The position numbers and the translations under genes are program-made. From the IMG/VR virus record IMGVR_UViG_3300027734_000039: 64,000 nucleotides of DNA. One strand, 5' to 3'. Below the pieces are notes generated by a model. It saw only the letters and a program-made list of their open reading frames with translations. It did no database searches and had not been told where the DNA came from. How positions within the stretch are numbered: the first letter of the stretch is position 1; each line of letters starts with the position of its first letter. Positions 45,054-55,199 of the stretch are shown here, one piece after another. This stretch comes from a virus.

Positions 45054-45775
45054 TAAATTGTTCTTTCGCTAAATGGGTCAAATGCCGTGAAATCGACAAA
45101 TAGATCTGACTCTGTTTGTATTTCGTCGTTATCTGCAGCCGCAATAAGATCGTTCAATGACGAACCTTCGAGAGTAAGGTAATCGCTATCTTCTGTTAGG
45201 ATGTTATCGCCTTCTTCTGAAATAACAGTCCAATCGAGAATATTAGTGCTGAACTTTTTTTGAAGGACGTCTATTTCTGGTATACCAGTATTCATAGTTT
45301 CGCCAGAATACTCAAACAACTCACAAGTCATTTCCCAAGTTTGTAATGCACCTAATTGATAGAACATCTCAAACTTGTTAACATACTTAATTTGAAAACA
45401 TTTATTATTAAGCGGAAAGAAAATAAGGTCACCTTCGTTTGGTCTAACCTTAGTCGTGTAGTTTCCAACGTCTTCATTAAAACGTCTTTGAGCAACAGAA
45501 AAGATAACTTGGTCACGAATTTCAAGACCAAACTTAGACATAAAATTGCCGTCGCCAGCAAACCCATCAACAGATTTAATGTAAATTTCAATAGGGTAAG
45601 CGTTTTCATAACTTGACTGATCGTCAGCGCCATAAACGTCATCGTAATTGTTTAACTTACGAGGAATGTAAAACATATCTTCACCATAGATGCGAATAGC
45701 CTCTATGATTAAATTTTCAAGTAAAAGTTGTTCTTGAGAAGCTTGAAAATTATTGAAGAAAAAATTAGTTGCCAT
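45053..45775 (-). CDS. gp14: Neck protein gp14
   Basis: MSKFGLEIRD, RPNEGDLI, FYQLG. Confidence 0.92.
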   Translation of the reverse strand: MATNFFFNNFQASQEQLLLENLIIEAIRIYGEDMFYIPRKLNNYDDVYGADDQSSYENAYPIEIYIKSVDGFAGDGNFMSKFGLEIRDQVIFSVAQRRFNEDVGNYTTKVRPNEGDLIFFPLNNKCFQIKYVNKFEMFYQLGALQTWEMTCELFEYSGETMNTGIPEIDVLQKKFSTNILDWTVISEEGDNILTEDSDYLTLEGSSLNDLIAAADNDEIQTESDLFVDFTAFDPFSERTI

Positions 45776-46515
45776 TAGCCTATCATGTCCGTAACTGGAA
45801 GTGAATAGCTATAAACCATTTCTTTTTCTAATTCTTCTCTTTCTTTTGTAGCTTCGTTATAAATTTGCTGACCATTGAAAGTTAAGCCTCCAGGCATTTT
45901 CATACCTTCGAACTTTTTTAAGTTTGTTCCCCACTGCTGTTTAATTAAGCAAGCGGTATAACGTAGCAACCAACGATCCGACCAAGCATCTGTATATGTT
46001 GTAGGATCAAGAACTTCATAAGCTTCTACAATTAAATAATTACCTGTTTCTAATCTTTCCCAATCCATATCTAGATATAATTTGTTAACGTGACGATTAT
46101 ATCTCAATGGTTGCTGACCAACAAGCATCTGTTCAAGAAATTGAATATGGTTCATGGCCATATAGTATGGTACCATCGAAACAGATGTAAGGGTATAAAG
46201 ATCGTTCAATGCGATCTGATAGCGGATATTAAAAAGGTTATTTGTATTGAGAGCATTTCCGATAGGGAAAATATTAACAGCGCCAATAATGTTTTCTGGT
46301 AAAGTTATATATTTGTTAGTTTTATCTGTATCAGTTACTAAATGTTTATAATATATTTTCGACGAGCCGTCAAAGTGATAATCCCAAAAATAACGTAGAG
46401 CTTCGTCAATACGATCTTCTACTTGATCGTCATCAACGTTAATTTCGATAACTGGTTTACCTAAACGACGTAAGCAATTTTCTTTAAAGTCGGCTCTAGT
46501 TGTTGGCGTTGCCAT
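45775..46515 (-). CDS. gp13: Neck protein gp13
   Basis: LRRLGKPVIEINVDDDQ, WGTNLKKF. Confidence 0.92.
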   Translation of the reverse strand: MATPTTRADFKENCLRRLGKPVIEINVDDDQVEDRIDEALRYFWDYHFDGSSKIYYKHLVTDTDKTNKYITLPENIIGAVNIFPIGNALNTNNLFNIRYQIALNDLYTLTSVSMVPYYMAMNHIQFLEQMLVGQQPLRYNRHVNKLYLDMDWERLETGNYLIVEAYEVLDPTTYTDAWSDRWLLRYTACLIKQQWGTNLKKFEGMKMPGGLTFNGQQIYNEATKEREELEKEMVYSYSLPVTDMIG

Positions 46516-46543
46516 TTTATAATCCTTAAAACGTTTTTATTAT

Positions 46544-46693
46544 TTATTCAGGTATCTCGACCCAATTTTTAATGGATTCGTCCCAATGATAAGTTTTACC
46601 GTCAGTAGGATATGGAACTGGGGGGTCCCATGCACCGTTTACGAAAATCCAGCTATCATATGGTTTTGGAACACTAGCCTGGGAAACTGCCAT
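46544..46693 (-). CDS. 49-aa Trp/Pro-rich tail-associated protein (not in ORF track)
   Basis: MAVSQASVPKPYDSWIFVNGAWDPPVPYPTDGKTYHWDESIKNWVEIPE; AGGA RBS. Confidence 0.7.
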   Translation of the reverse strand: MAVSQASVPKPYDSWIFVNGAWDPPVPYPTDGKTYHWDESIKNWVEIPE

Positions 46694-46704
46694 TTTATGG
46701 TCCT

Positions 46705-46735
46705 TATAAATATATATGATTTTTTAGTATTTATA
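46705..46735. promoter_or_regulatory. Face-to-face late promoters
   Basis: TATAAATA on + (46705-46712) and on - (46728-46735). Confidence 0.6.
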
Positions 46736-46749
46736 AAACTAGGAAGCTG

Positions 46750-47242
46750 TATGAATTTTGATTTTCTTTACAATAAACGTTTTTTACAAGCTCGAAACGC
46801 CAAAAAATCCTATTTTTTCGATTCTATTGATATACCTGTTTTATCTTGGGAAACAGTTTTAGAAGAACTCGAAACCCATATAACTGGTGGGCTAGATTAC
46901 GAGAGCAAAAACAACTTAAGGTTTATTTTGTTCGAAATGCGTAATAAAACCGTTTCGCAGTTCGTAAAACAATACTCAAAACTAGACCCGAAATTACACT
47001 GTGGTGCTCATTGTTATGTAAACCTGATGTCTAAGTCGGGGGAAAACGGAAGGCATAAAGACCCAGCCGATGTTTTATTTTGGCAAGTTGTTGGTTCTAC
47101 ACAATGGTCTATAGAAGACGATAATATAAAAACATATATACTAGAGCCAGGTAAAGCTGTATATGTTCCAGCTGGAATGTATCATAGCGTTACTTCATTA
47201 TCCCCTCGTGCTGGCATTTCTTTTGGATTAGATTATGAGTAA
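46750..47242 (+). CDS. JmjC/cupin 2OG oxygenase
   Basis: HKD...VLFWQVVG...LEPG..YVPAGMYH; start MNFDF after AGGA. Confidence 0.75.
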
Positions 47243-47750
47243 TATGTTTCATAAAATATTTACGCTCGAAAACCACAACGAGCTAAAACCTAAAATCATA
47301 AAATCAATTAAAGAGTTTTCAGCGAAATCTTTAACCAACTCGACAGATTCTATAACTAGAACTGATTGGAATATACCTGAAAACGTTCCAAGACCGTACT
47401 TCGATTATATCAAACCTTTTATCGAAAACGAGTATATGGATTATGTAAGATACCTTGGTGGAAAAAGCGCAGAGATTCATAACTTATGGTTTCAGCAATA
47501 TTATAAAACAGACACCCATACAACGCACTGCCATCCAGGTTCTCATTTCAGTAACATCTATTATGTAGAACTTCCTCATAAGTTTCAACGAACGGAGTTT
47601 TATAATCCGTTTGAAAAAACATTTTTTCAATTTAATGCCGAAGAGGGAGATATATTAACTTTCCCTGCTTACTACGCTCACAGGTCGCCAGTAAATAATA
47701 GCGACGATAGGAAAACTGTTGTTGTTTTCAATAGTTCGATAGAGGTTTAA
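47235..47750 (+). CDS. 2OG-Fe(II) oxygenase (HxH type)
   Basis: HCH, FPAYYAHRS, RKTVVVFN. Confidence 0.8.
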   Translation: MSNMFHKIFTLENHNELKPKIIKSIKEFSAKSLTNSTDSITRTDWNIPENVPRPYFDYIKPFIENEYMDYVRYLGGKSAEIHNLWFQQYYKTDTHTTHCHPGSHFSNIYYVELPHKFQRTEFYNPFEKTFFQFNAEEGDILTFPAYYAHRSPVNNSDDRKTVVVFNSSIEV

Positions 47751-47751
47751 T

Positions 47752-48384
47752 ATGAACGTTGTTGGTCTATTTCCTACGCCATTTTATGTTGAAAATATAG
47801 AACAAAAATTAGACATGAAAGAGATCGATCTATTAGTCGAGCTTTCAACTCAAAAAGAAAACCTTATAGAAAATATAGGAAACGGTAATTCTTTTTATAA
47901 AGATACTAAAATATTGAAATCGTTACCAAACCTTAACTTAGAACTAACAAAAAAAGTTAATGAGTTTCTCTCAAACATTTTTGGCGAACATAATTCTAAA
48001 TTAACAATAACTCAATCTTGGTTGAATATAAACCCTACAGATACGTATCATCATATGCATTCCCATAAGAATAGCATAGTAAGTGGAGTTTTATATATCG
48101 AATGCGATGAAAATAGCGGAGCTTTCAAATTATATAAACCAGAAGCTTTGTGTCGAAACGTAGGAGGGATTATAAACGAACATAATCCATTTACATATGA
48201 TTTTGTAAAGTTCGTCCCTAATAAATTTGATCTTTATTTATTTCCAAGTAACTTGAAGCATTCGGTTGATACTAACAAATCAACTACAAGTAGACTTTCG
48301 CTAGCGTTTAATACGTTTTATATCGGAGAAGTTGATTCAGTATACGATTCTTTATCGCAGCTTACTATTACTGAATGTTCATAA
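47752..48384 (+). CDS. 2OG-Fe(II) oxygenase (TIGR02466-like)
   Basis: LFPTP, HSHKNSIVSGVLY, LFPSNLKHSV, RLSLAFN. Confidence 0.85.
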   Translation: MNVVGLFPTPFYVENIEQKLDMKEIDLLVELSTQKENLIENIGNGNSFYKDTKILKSLPNLNLELTKKVNEFLSNIFGEHNSKLTITQSWLNINPTDTYHHMHSHKNSIVSGVLYIECDENSGAFKLYKPEALCRNVGGIINEHNPFTYDFVKFVPNKFDLYLFPSNLKHSVDTNKSTTSRLSLAFNTFYIGEVDSVYDSLSQLTITECS

Positions 48385-48967
48385 ACTGACTTAAACAGTA
48401 ACGACCGTTTCCTTTGTAACCGCAGTATTCGGGATCCATTTTAACTTCCGTAACTTCGTGTTTTACATGAGAAGGAAACATAATCATCATATTGTTTTCT
48501 ATTTCAACAGTTTCGTTATATTTCGTAAAAATAAGGTTACCACCAGTGAACTTTTTAGGCTCTTTAAACACCCATTGAAGCGCCGTTATAGAAGCTACAT
48601 CTCTGTGTGATTTGTAATAACCACTATTTTCATAATAACTTAATAACGTAGAATCATTATTAATCATAAAAATGTTTTCATACATTTCATGTAAGTTGCT
48701 ATAGAGTTTAAAAATATCTGCAGAAAATGTTTTTCTATTTATTTTTAAAATATTAGAAAAAGATCTATCGCAATAAACTTCGTCAATAAAAACACCATGA
48801 TTGTGTTTCATATCAATTTTCTGTTGACCAGTTTTTTGAGGAGGTTGTAGCTTATTTTGGTAAGTTAAGAAATCTAACTCTTGCCATATTAATTTAAGCT
48901 CTTCTTCTGTATAATAATTTTTAATTTTCAAATATGGAAATGATTTTTTATCGTTACATACGTCCAT
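48368..48967 (-). CDS. 2OG-Fe(II) oxygenase (prolyl-hydroxylase-like)
   Basis: HRD, FTGGNL, FPSHVKHEV, RYC. Confidence 0.85.
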   Translation of the reverse strand: MDVCNDKKSFPYLKIKNYYTEEELKLIWQELDFLTYQNKLQPPQKTGQQKIDMKHNHGVFIDEVYCDRSFSNILKINRKTFSADIFKLYSNLHEMYENIFMINNDSTLLSYYENSGYYKSHRDVASITALQWVFKEPKKFTGGNLIFTKYNETVEIENNMMIMFPSHVKHEVTEVKMDPEYCGYKGNGRYCLSQFMNIQ

Positions 48968-49488
48968 TAAATAATTTCCTTCAACTTAAACGCAATCGTA
49001 ACTCTAAGTTCAGGGCAGTATCTAGTAGGTTCTAAACCAACATGATTCAATGTACTATTAAACAATATACCTGTATTTTTAATAGGAATGATTGTATCTA
49101 TTTGGCCATTTGTTTGTACAATTTGAGTTACACCTCCCCAATTTAAATCCCAAATCGGGTTAGCATAATAAACAAACGTATAATATAGTTCTGGAGCATA
49201 ATCTGTATGTACGTCTGTATGTAGATTTCCAGGCTGGCCATATGTTTGGCCATTTGCATAAACTCTTTTTATTTCAAATTTTTTATCAGATATTGTTTCG
49301 ATAATTTTTAAAAAGTCGTTTTTAAAAAAAAGATCGTTTTCTAAATCCATATACCAAAATTTATAATCGGATGGGTTTTTGCTATAACCGATATATTTCC
49401 ACTGACCGTTTAAAATTGTTTTTTCTAAAACGTAATTATATTGTTCGTCATTTAATACATTATAAAAGTATTTCACATTAAACTCCAT
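48967..49488 (-). CDS. 2OG-Fe(II) oxygenase (prolyl-hydroxylase-like)
   Basis: HTD, WGGVT, HVG, RVTIAFK. Confidence 0.85.
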   Translation of the reverse strand: MEFNVKYFYNVLNDEQYNYVLEKTILNGQWKYIGYSKNPSDYKFWYMDLENDLFFKNDFLKIIETISDKKFEIKRVYANGQTYGQPGNLHTDVHTDYAPELYYTFVYYANPIWDLNWGGVTQIVQTNGQIDTIIPIKNTGILFNSTLNHVGLEPTRYCPELRVTIAFKLKEII

Positions 49489-49491
49489 AAA

Positions 49492-50364
49492 TTAAATATT
49501 ATTTTGAGACCCGTAAATTGTTCCTACTTGAGCAAACTGAACATAATTCGAACCTAATATAGAAGCACCACCTTCTCCTGGAGTTGTTGAAGAACCCTGT
49601 TGCCCCGCTCCGCCCGCTTGACCTAAACCGCCACCAGAACCACCTTGGCCACCACTATTAAACGCTTGACCGTTTGTGCCACCTGGTAAACCACCAGCAG
49701 TTAACGAACCCACTTGACCTTCACCACCACCAGCGTGCTGACCACCAGAACCAACTACATAACCTGCACCACCGCCACCGCCAGCACCACCGTGACCTCT
49801 TCTTGGTCGTTGGTTGTCTTCATAACCACGACCTCCGTTACCACCGCCTCCGCCTCCGCCAATAACGCCAACGTTATAAAGGATAGTTGGTGCACCATTT
49901 ATTAAAAGCGCAGTACCACCTGCTTGACCTTGACCGCCTTGTGATGGTCCTGGGTTTGAATAAGTTCCTGTACCACCATTACCGCCTTTGCCGACGATAT
50001 AACCAGCATTTTGTATAGTTATAAGATCGCCTGTAGCACCTTGTATGTTTAAACCATAATTAGAAGTAGTAGTTGCTCCTAATACAACTTCAGAACCAAT
50101 ACTAACAACTCCATATGTTTTCCCTGGGGATGGAGATGTAAATACGTAATCTGTTTGATTAGTATTAAGCGTTGTTATTAAAGCTGCATGACTTAGCAAA
50201 TTATTTGATGATATAATAGTTCCGGAATTTGTTTGAACACCAGTTCCGCCAACTGATGCAAGGTTTCTTACATCAGCATCATTGAAAGACAAGGTTGCTG
50301 TAGCTTGTCTCCCTAATTCCGTATTAATAGCCGAAAAACTTAGTGAACTTGCGGGTAAAGTCAT
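49492..50364 (-). CDS. Gly-rich receptor-recognition / tail-tip protein
   Basis: MTLPAS..LS.SAINTELG start; poly-Gly loops as in gp38-like adhesins. Confidence 0.7.
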   Translation of the reverse strand: MTLPASSLSFSAINTELGRQATATLSFNDADVRNLASVGGTGVQTNSGTIISSNNLLSHAALITTLNTNQTDYVFTSPSPGKTYGVVSIGSEVVLGATTTSNYGLNIQGATGDLITIQNAGYIVGKGGNGGTGTYSNPGPSQGGQGQAGGTALLINGAPTILYNVGVIGGGGGGGNGGRGYEDNQRPRRGHGGAGGGGGAGYVVGSGGQHAGGGEGQVGSLTAGGLPGGTNGQAFNSGGQGGSGGGLGQAGGAGQQGSSTTPGEGGASILGSNYVQFAQVGTIYGSQNNI

Positions 50365-51695
50365 TTAGACTCTAACTCCTTAACTCTGTTTTCTAGTTCT
50401 TTAATTGCTTCGATAAGAAGAGGTACAAGCTTTTCGTAACGAACAGTAAGATACTTATCGTCAATAGGAGCTGGTACGACAATCTCTGGCATAACAGCTT
50501 GAACTTCTTGAGCCGATACACCAACTTCTGGAGTTGCTTCATACCCTAATGACTGAGCTAATTCGTTTGCTTCGTAATAAAAGCCAGAGAGTGCCTTGAC
50601 CTTTTCAAGAGCATTTTCGATATTGCCCTTACGAATCTTAAGACGTTCGTCTGAATAGTAAGCAGTAATGTTACCAGTTGCGTAAATAGCGCCAGCGCCT
50701 GGATCGGCAGTCGTTCCAACAGAAAAACCACCACCAGCAGGAAGACGTGCACGTTCAGAACCACCAGTAAATAATGCCATAGCGCCAGATGCAGGTCCAA
50801 CACGACAAACTGCAGAGCTTACGCCAGGAGCAACAATAAAATCTGAAGTAGATGAATCAGTTACAACTAAACCGTTATTTCCTGCGCTAGCAACTACTTT
50901 TAATTTTGAATCTGTTGCTGTTGAGCCGATACCAACGTTACCAGTTGCAGTAATACGCATACGTTCTTGAAAGCTATCAGAACCGTTGCCTGTATTGAAT
51001 CGGATAGAACCTAAATCGGTTCCTTCCATAACACCATCGATACTAGCAACCTTTTCAGCAGTATTTGCACCAGTCCATTTAATGTAACTACCATCGCCAG
51101 ATGCGCCAGCCGCTGTTTGTAAATTGATACCAGATGTAACACCAGAACCAGCCGAACGGTTGATTATTAACACATCTGACAAAGTGTTACTTGCAGTAAT
51201 AGAAACTTGACCATTAGCAACAACAGTCATACGAGCAGCATTATTACTAAACAAAACTAAACTATCAGCTGTTTGTGTACCAACAGCAAACCCACCTAAA
51301 TCAGATGGACCAATAAAGCCATTGAGCGTACCGCCGCTTTGATTGATTTTCAAACCACCATTAAGCGCTGGGGTTATTTTTACGTTTCCGTTTACTTCTA
51401 ATTTTTCACTTGGACTATTGTTAGCAATACCTAAATTACCATTAGCAACGAAATAAGAAGCAGTGCCTACAGTAAATGTATTACTTACTGTAGCAGTAAC
51501 TGCTGAAGTTCCGGAAAATGCTGTTGAGTTGATTGTAGCGTTTACAGAAGAATTACCGATGGTAATTAATGACGGGGTAAACACAATACCATTTGAAGTA
51601 GAATTGATAGTCCCTAAACCAACTACAGTTGAGTTAGCTACGAAACTTGTGTTTACTATCAGACCGTTTTTTACTACGAAATCTTTACCTGCCAT
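50361..51695 (-). CDS. Tail fibre with C-terminal S74 intramolecular chaperone
   Basis: GNVGIG repeats; YSDERLK...GVSAQEV...YEKLVPLLIEAIKEL. Confidence 0.85.
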   Translation of the reverse strand: MAGKDFVVKNGLIVNTSFVANSTVVGLGTINSTSNGIVFTPSLITIGNSSVNATINSTAFSGTSAVTATVSNTFTVGTASYFVANGNLGIANNSPSEKLEVNGNVKITPALNGGLKINQSGGTLNGFIGPSDLGGFAVGTQTADSLVLFSNNAARMTVVANGQVSITASNTLSDVLIINRSAGSGVTSGINLQTAAGASGDGSYIKWTGANTAEKVASIDGVMEGTDLGSIRFNTGNGSDSFQERMRITATGNVGIGSTATDSKLKVVASAGNNGLVVTDSSTSDFIVAPGVSSAVCRVGPASGAMALFTGGSERARLPAGGGFSVGTTADPGAGAIYATGNITAYYSDERLKIRKGNIENALEKVKALSGFYYEANELAQSLGYEATPEVGVSAQEVQAVMPEIVVPAPIDDKYLTVRYEKLVPLLIEAIKELENRVKELESK

Positions 51696-51729
51696 TGTGG
51701 TTCCCTTTCCCCTGGCTTTTTATTTTTAT

Positions 51730-51972
51730 TTAGGTGTTTAAAACTTCTGGCCACACAGCTTTAAGTTCTTCTACTGTTTGAGCAGCTTCAATAGCTGGAT
51801 CAGATGTTACATCCCTAAGAGCTTGTTTTTGAGCCACAATTGTAGCAGTATTTGCATTTTGTTCTAGTGCTCGTTGAAAAGCTACATCTAATGCAGCAAG
51901 TAATGGTGCACGAGCAGCACGCATTTTTTCACGATGAATATTACGAGCTTTTTCCATATTAACAGTAATCAT
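51730..51972 (-). CDS. Tail fibre assembly chaperone-like
   Basis: RAPLLAALD...KQALRDVT...LKAVWP. Confidence 0.7.
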   Translation of the reverse strand: MITVNMEKARNIHREKMRAARAPLLAALDVAFQRALEQNANTATIVAQKQALRDVTSDPAIEAAQTVEELKAVWPEVLNT

Positions 51973-52217
51973 TGACTATTTCCCTGTTTTGCAAACCAAG
52001 CTTCGTGACCGACACCATATCCATCAGGCGTGGTAAAGTCGGCTTCCCATGCATTAAAAAAACTATCGTCAGGAAGTTCTACGGTGTCTTCTACAAACAA
52101 ATAAGGTATACCAGCTGGAACATCTTTGCGAGCAACTTCTTCAATTGCAAGTTCGCCAGTTGGTATAATCATTGCAATACCACCAGTATCATTTGGAAAA
52201 ATAATATATTTTCTCAT
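51969..52217 (-). CDS. Tail-associated hypothetical protein
   Basis: Probable start MRKYII after GAGG; KDVPAG, FFNAWE. Confidence 0.65.
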   Translation of the reverse strand: MRKYIIFPNDTGGIAMIIPTGELAIEEVARKDVPAGIPYLFVEDTVELPDDSFFNAWEADFTTPDGYGVGHEAWFAKQGNSQ

Positions 52218-52224
52218 ATTTGCC

Positions 52225-52644
52225 TCATCTAATAACAGCAGCGTTAAAGGTGTAAATATCGTTTGTAGCGTAAACAACCAAACGAACTTGTGTAGTTGAC
52301 ATTAAAGTCGGAGCTGCTGTGATAGCTGATGCTAAAATACGAGCATTAACAGTACCACCAGCAACATCTCCAATTATAGCGCTTACGCAATAACTTGTAT
52401 CGGGCATAGCAGTAGTAAAATTAAGCGTGTAATCACCTATACCGTTTCTAGTAACAGATGAAATATTTCCACTAGCGTTAACAGCTACTGTAGCAGTACC
52501 TTTATAACTTACCCATGCACGGCAACCATAAGCAACAGCAGCTGAACCAAAACCAGAGTTAAAAGAACAGTTAGCACCAACACTAAGATTGGTGTCGACA
52601 GTAGCCGTTCCATATACTCTTGTTCCACTTAAAAGTTTTGCCAT
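52225..52644 (-). CDS. Short tail fibre-like protein
   Basis: CRAWV..G, NISSVTRNGIGDYTLNFTTAM. Confidence 0.7.
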   Translation of the reverse strand: MAKLLSGTRVYGTATVDTNLSVGANCSFNSGFGSAAVAYGCRAWVSYKGTATVAVNASGNISSVTRNGIGDYTLNFTTAMPDTSYCVSAIIGDVAGGTVNARILASAITAAPTLMSTTQVRLVVYATNDIYTFNAAVIR

Positions 52645-52814
52645 TATAGTCCTCTTTAAATTATTATTTATTACTTAATTCTTTTATTTGATTATCAAGA
52701 TCTGTTATTATAGATTTTAATGCTTCATTTGCAGCCATATAAATGACTAGCTCATCAACACACTGCGAAAGCAATACCTTTGGATCCCAGTTATCAACAT
52801 CAGTACCACCAAGT

Positions 52815-55199
52815 TTATACTGTAACTTCATCAAAAGAACCATTTACAGATAATGTACCATCTGAAAACAATTTTTGAACTACACCATCTGTTGATGCAA
52901 CTGGTGCAAAATGCTTATAAAGAGCAGTGTTATTATTTGTTATTGTAAGCGAATTAGTACTAGAATCTGTGACAATTGCAGAACTATTAGCAACTTTAAG
53001 AAGTAGTGCTGTATTAGTTATTGCTTGCAACACATCTGTCGGTGGTGTAAAACTTGTAGTATAAACTGCTGTGCCTTTTACCCAACGAATATTAGTAAGA
53101 TAGCCAGTAAAATATGGTGTGCCTGAAGTATCCCATCTTCTTCCAATATTCCAACCATCGCCATTGCTGTTTAATGTACCATCCCAAGTACTAGCAGCCC
53201 CCGCTGCAGTTGAATCAACCCCATTTATATAAATTTTAAACGTGCTACCAGTAAAAACAAAAGCAATATGATACCAAGTATTAAGTGCAAGTGCTGAAGT
53301 AGACACTGCAGATCTTACCCATGCAGATCCATTATAATATCCAATATATGGAAATAATCCAAGTACTTGTGGATCAGTTCCACCATCATTTAACCCTATA
53401 TAAAGATTTACTGGATTACTAGTACCTGTAAAAGTTTCAGAAAGTATAGAGGCTTGTGTTGCTGAAGAACCAACATTTATCCAACATTCAAAAGTAAACG
53501 GTGTTGTATTTGTTGGAATAGAAAATGCGGAAGTAGCGGCAAAAGACAGATATTGAGATAATCCGTTAAACAATATACTGCCGCATGTAGTAGTAGTAAA
53601 TGGGCTTATTTTATTAAAACCTGTATTACCAGGATTTGTTACTAAAACTCTAGTGTTTGCACCACCAGAAGCTGTAATACTATTTGCTTCAGCAGTTTCT
53701 AATAATAAAATTGTATTTGCTGTTGCGCCTAAATTATATTTTGATGGAGTAAAATTTGTTGTATATAGAGCAGTATTTGTTAATCTAAGATTACTTATAC
53801 TACCATTCCAAAAAGTACTTGTTTGGTTTCTTCCAATATAAGCAGTTGAAACAGTTGTATTACCAGAAATAGTAGCAGAACCATTAGCAGTACCATTAAG
53901 ATACTGAGTTAATGTTGTACCATTTCTTACAAGAGCAACGTGATACCAAGTATTATTAGCTAATGCTGTACCAGTTATTGTTGCAGAACCGCTATTATAA
54001 TATGCAGAGAGGACGTTATTAACTAATCTAATTTCATAGTTGTTAGTACCAGAGTTGTATGCTTTAAAAACTGGCCCTTCAGCTACCGATGTAGCAGGAT
54101 TAATCCACGCTTCGAGTGTAAAATTGCTACCAGTTAAAGATGGTAAAGTTGTTGTTGTAAAATAATTATTAACACCATTGAAATAAGCACTACCACCATT
54201 TAATGTTACTTCATCAAAACCTTTAACTACTTGCACCGAATTATTTGAATATATTCTTTGTGTTGGTGTATAACTATTAGTAACAAATGTACCATTAGAT
54301 GTAAATGTATGGACTTGATATGTACCAGAAGAATTTGAAAATGATGTTATTGTTCCACCAGTTGCAGCAGGTCCAAAAGCTTTGTATGCAATAATAACAG
54401 CGCCGTTTGAACCAGCTTTACCTGGACCATCGGCACCACCTGCGCCAGCACCGCCACCACCACCAGAACCAATGCCTGTACCAACTGTTGCTGCTTTATT
54501 ATTTTGCGATGTAGCGCCTTCACCACCACCGCCTGTTCCACCAGTACCAATTGTTGTGGAGCTACTACTGAAGTTACCACCACCACCACCAGCGCCGTAA
54601 TAAACAGTAGCACCAGTTATGGTAAGTGGAATACCAGCACCACCATTTAACGTACCTACAGCACCACCACCACCACCGCCACCGCCTCTGCTGCCGTTAC
54701 CAGCGCCACCTCTGTTGCCATAACCGCCAGTTGCAGAAGAAGCTTGTTGATCGTTACTAGGTGCACCTGTCGCATTATCACCGTTACCACCACCGGAACC
54801 ACCAGATCGACCAACAGCACTAGATAATCTATTGATACCGCCACCACCACCGCCAATAGCAGTATAAGTTGTTGCACCAATAGTTACTGTAGTATTTGAA
54901 CCATCACCGCCCTGTGTATAGGTAGTACTTGAAGTAGATACACCACCACTACCAGATGTTCCGACAACAATCGGTATTGAACAAGCAATTGGAATTGTTA
55001 CGTCTGTTAAGTAAAATACACCACCGCCGCCACCACCACCGCCAGCGTTACCATAACCTGCACCACCACCACCGCCACCGCCAGCACCTAATATATCAAA
55101 AATTGTTGCATTATATACACCATTTATAGTATACTCATCAAAATCGCCACTACCACCAGTAGTTAAAATACCTACATTACTAATACTAACGTTAGCCAT
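52815..55199 (-). CDS. Virion protein with Gly-rich domain and two LamG/ConA-like domains
   Basis: FTLEAWINP/WYHVALVR and FTFECWIN/WYHIAFV; poly-Gly. Confidence 0.8.
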   Translation of the reverse strand: MANVSISNVGILTTGGSGDFDEYTINGVYNATIFDILGAGGGGGGGAGYGNAGGGGGGGGVFYLTDVTIPIACSIPIVVGTSGSGGVSTSSTTYTQGGDGSNTTVTIGATTYTAIGGGGGGINRLSSAVGRSGGSGGGNGDNATGAPSNDQQASSATGGYGNRGGAGNGSRGGGGGGGGAVGTLNGGAGIPLTITGATVYYGAGGGGGNFSSSSTTIGTGGTGGGGEGATSQNNKAATVGTGIGSGGGGGAGAGGADGPGKAGSNGAVIIAYKAFGPAATGGTITSFSNSSGTYQVHTFTSNGTFVTNSYTPTQRIYSNNSVQVVKGFDEVTLNGGSAYFNGVNNYFTTTTLPSLTGSNFTLEAWINPATSVAEGPVFKAYNSGTNNYEIRLVNNVLSAYYNSGSATITGTALANNTWYHVALVRNGTTLTQYLNGTANGSATISGNTTVSTAYIGRNQTSTFWNGSISNLRLTNTALYTTNFTPSKYNLGATANTILLLETAEANSITASGGANTRVLVTNPGNTGFNKISPFTTTTCGSILFNGLSQYLSFAATSAFSIPTNTTPFTFECWINVGSSATQASILSETFTGTSNPVNLYIGLNDGGTDPQVLGLFPYIGYYNGSAWVRSAVSTSALALNTWYHIAFVFTGSTFKIYINGVDSTAAGAASTWDGTLNSNGDGWNIGRRWDTSGTPYFTGYLTNIRWVKGTAVYTTSFTPPTDVLQAITNTALLLKVANSSAIVTDSSTNSLTITNNNTALYKHFAPVASTDGVVQKLFSDGTLSVNGSFDEVTV

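Noticed and set aside
46586-46749. N-terminal extension of the JmjC ORF
   Set aside because: It overlaps a better-supported minus-strand 49-aa gene and late promoters; start moved to 46750.
52656-52832. Possible 57-aa coiled-coil ORF (MKLQYKLGG...)
   Set aside because: Weak RBS and no recognisable family; insufficient support.
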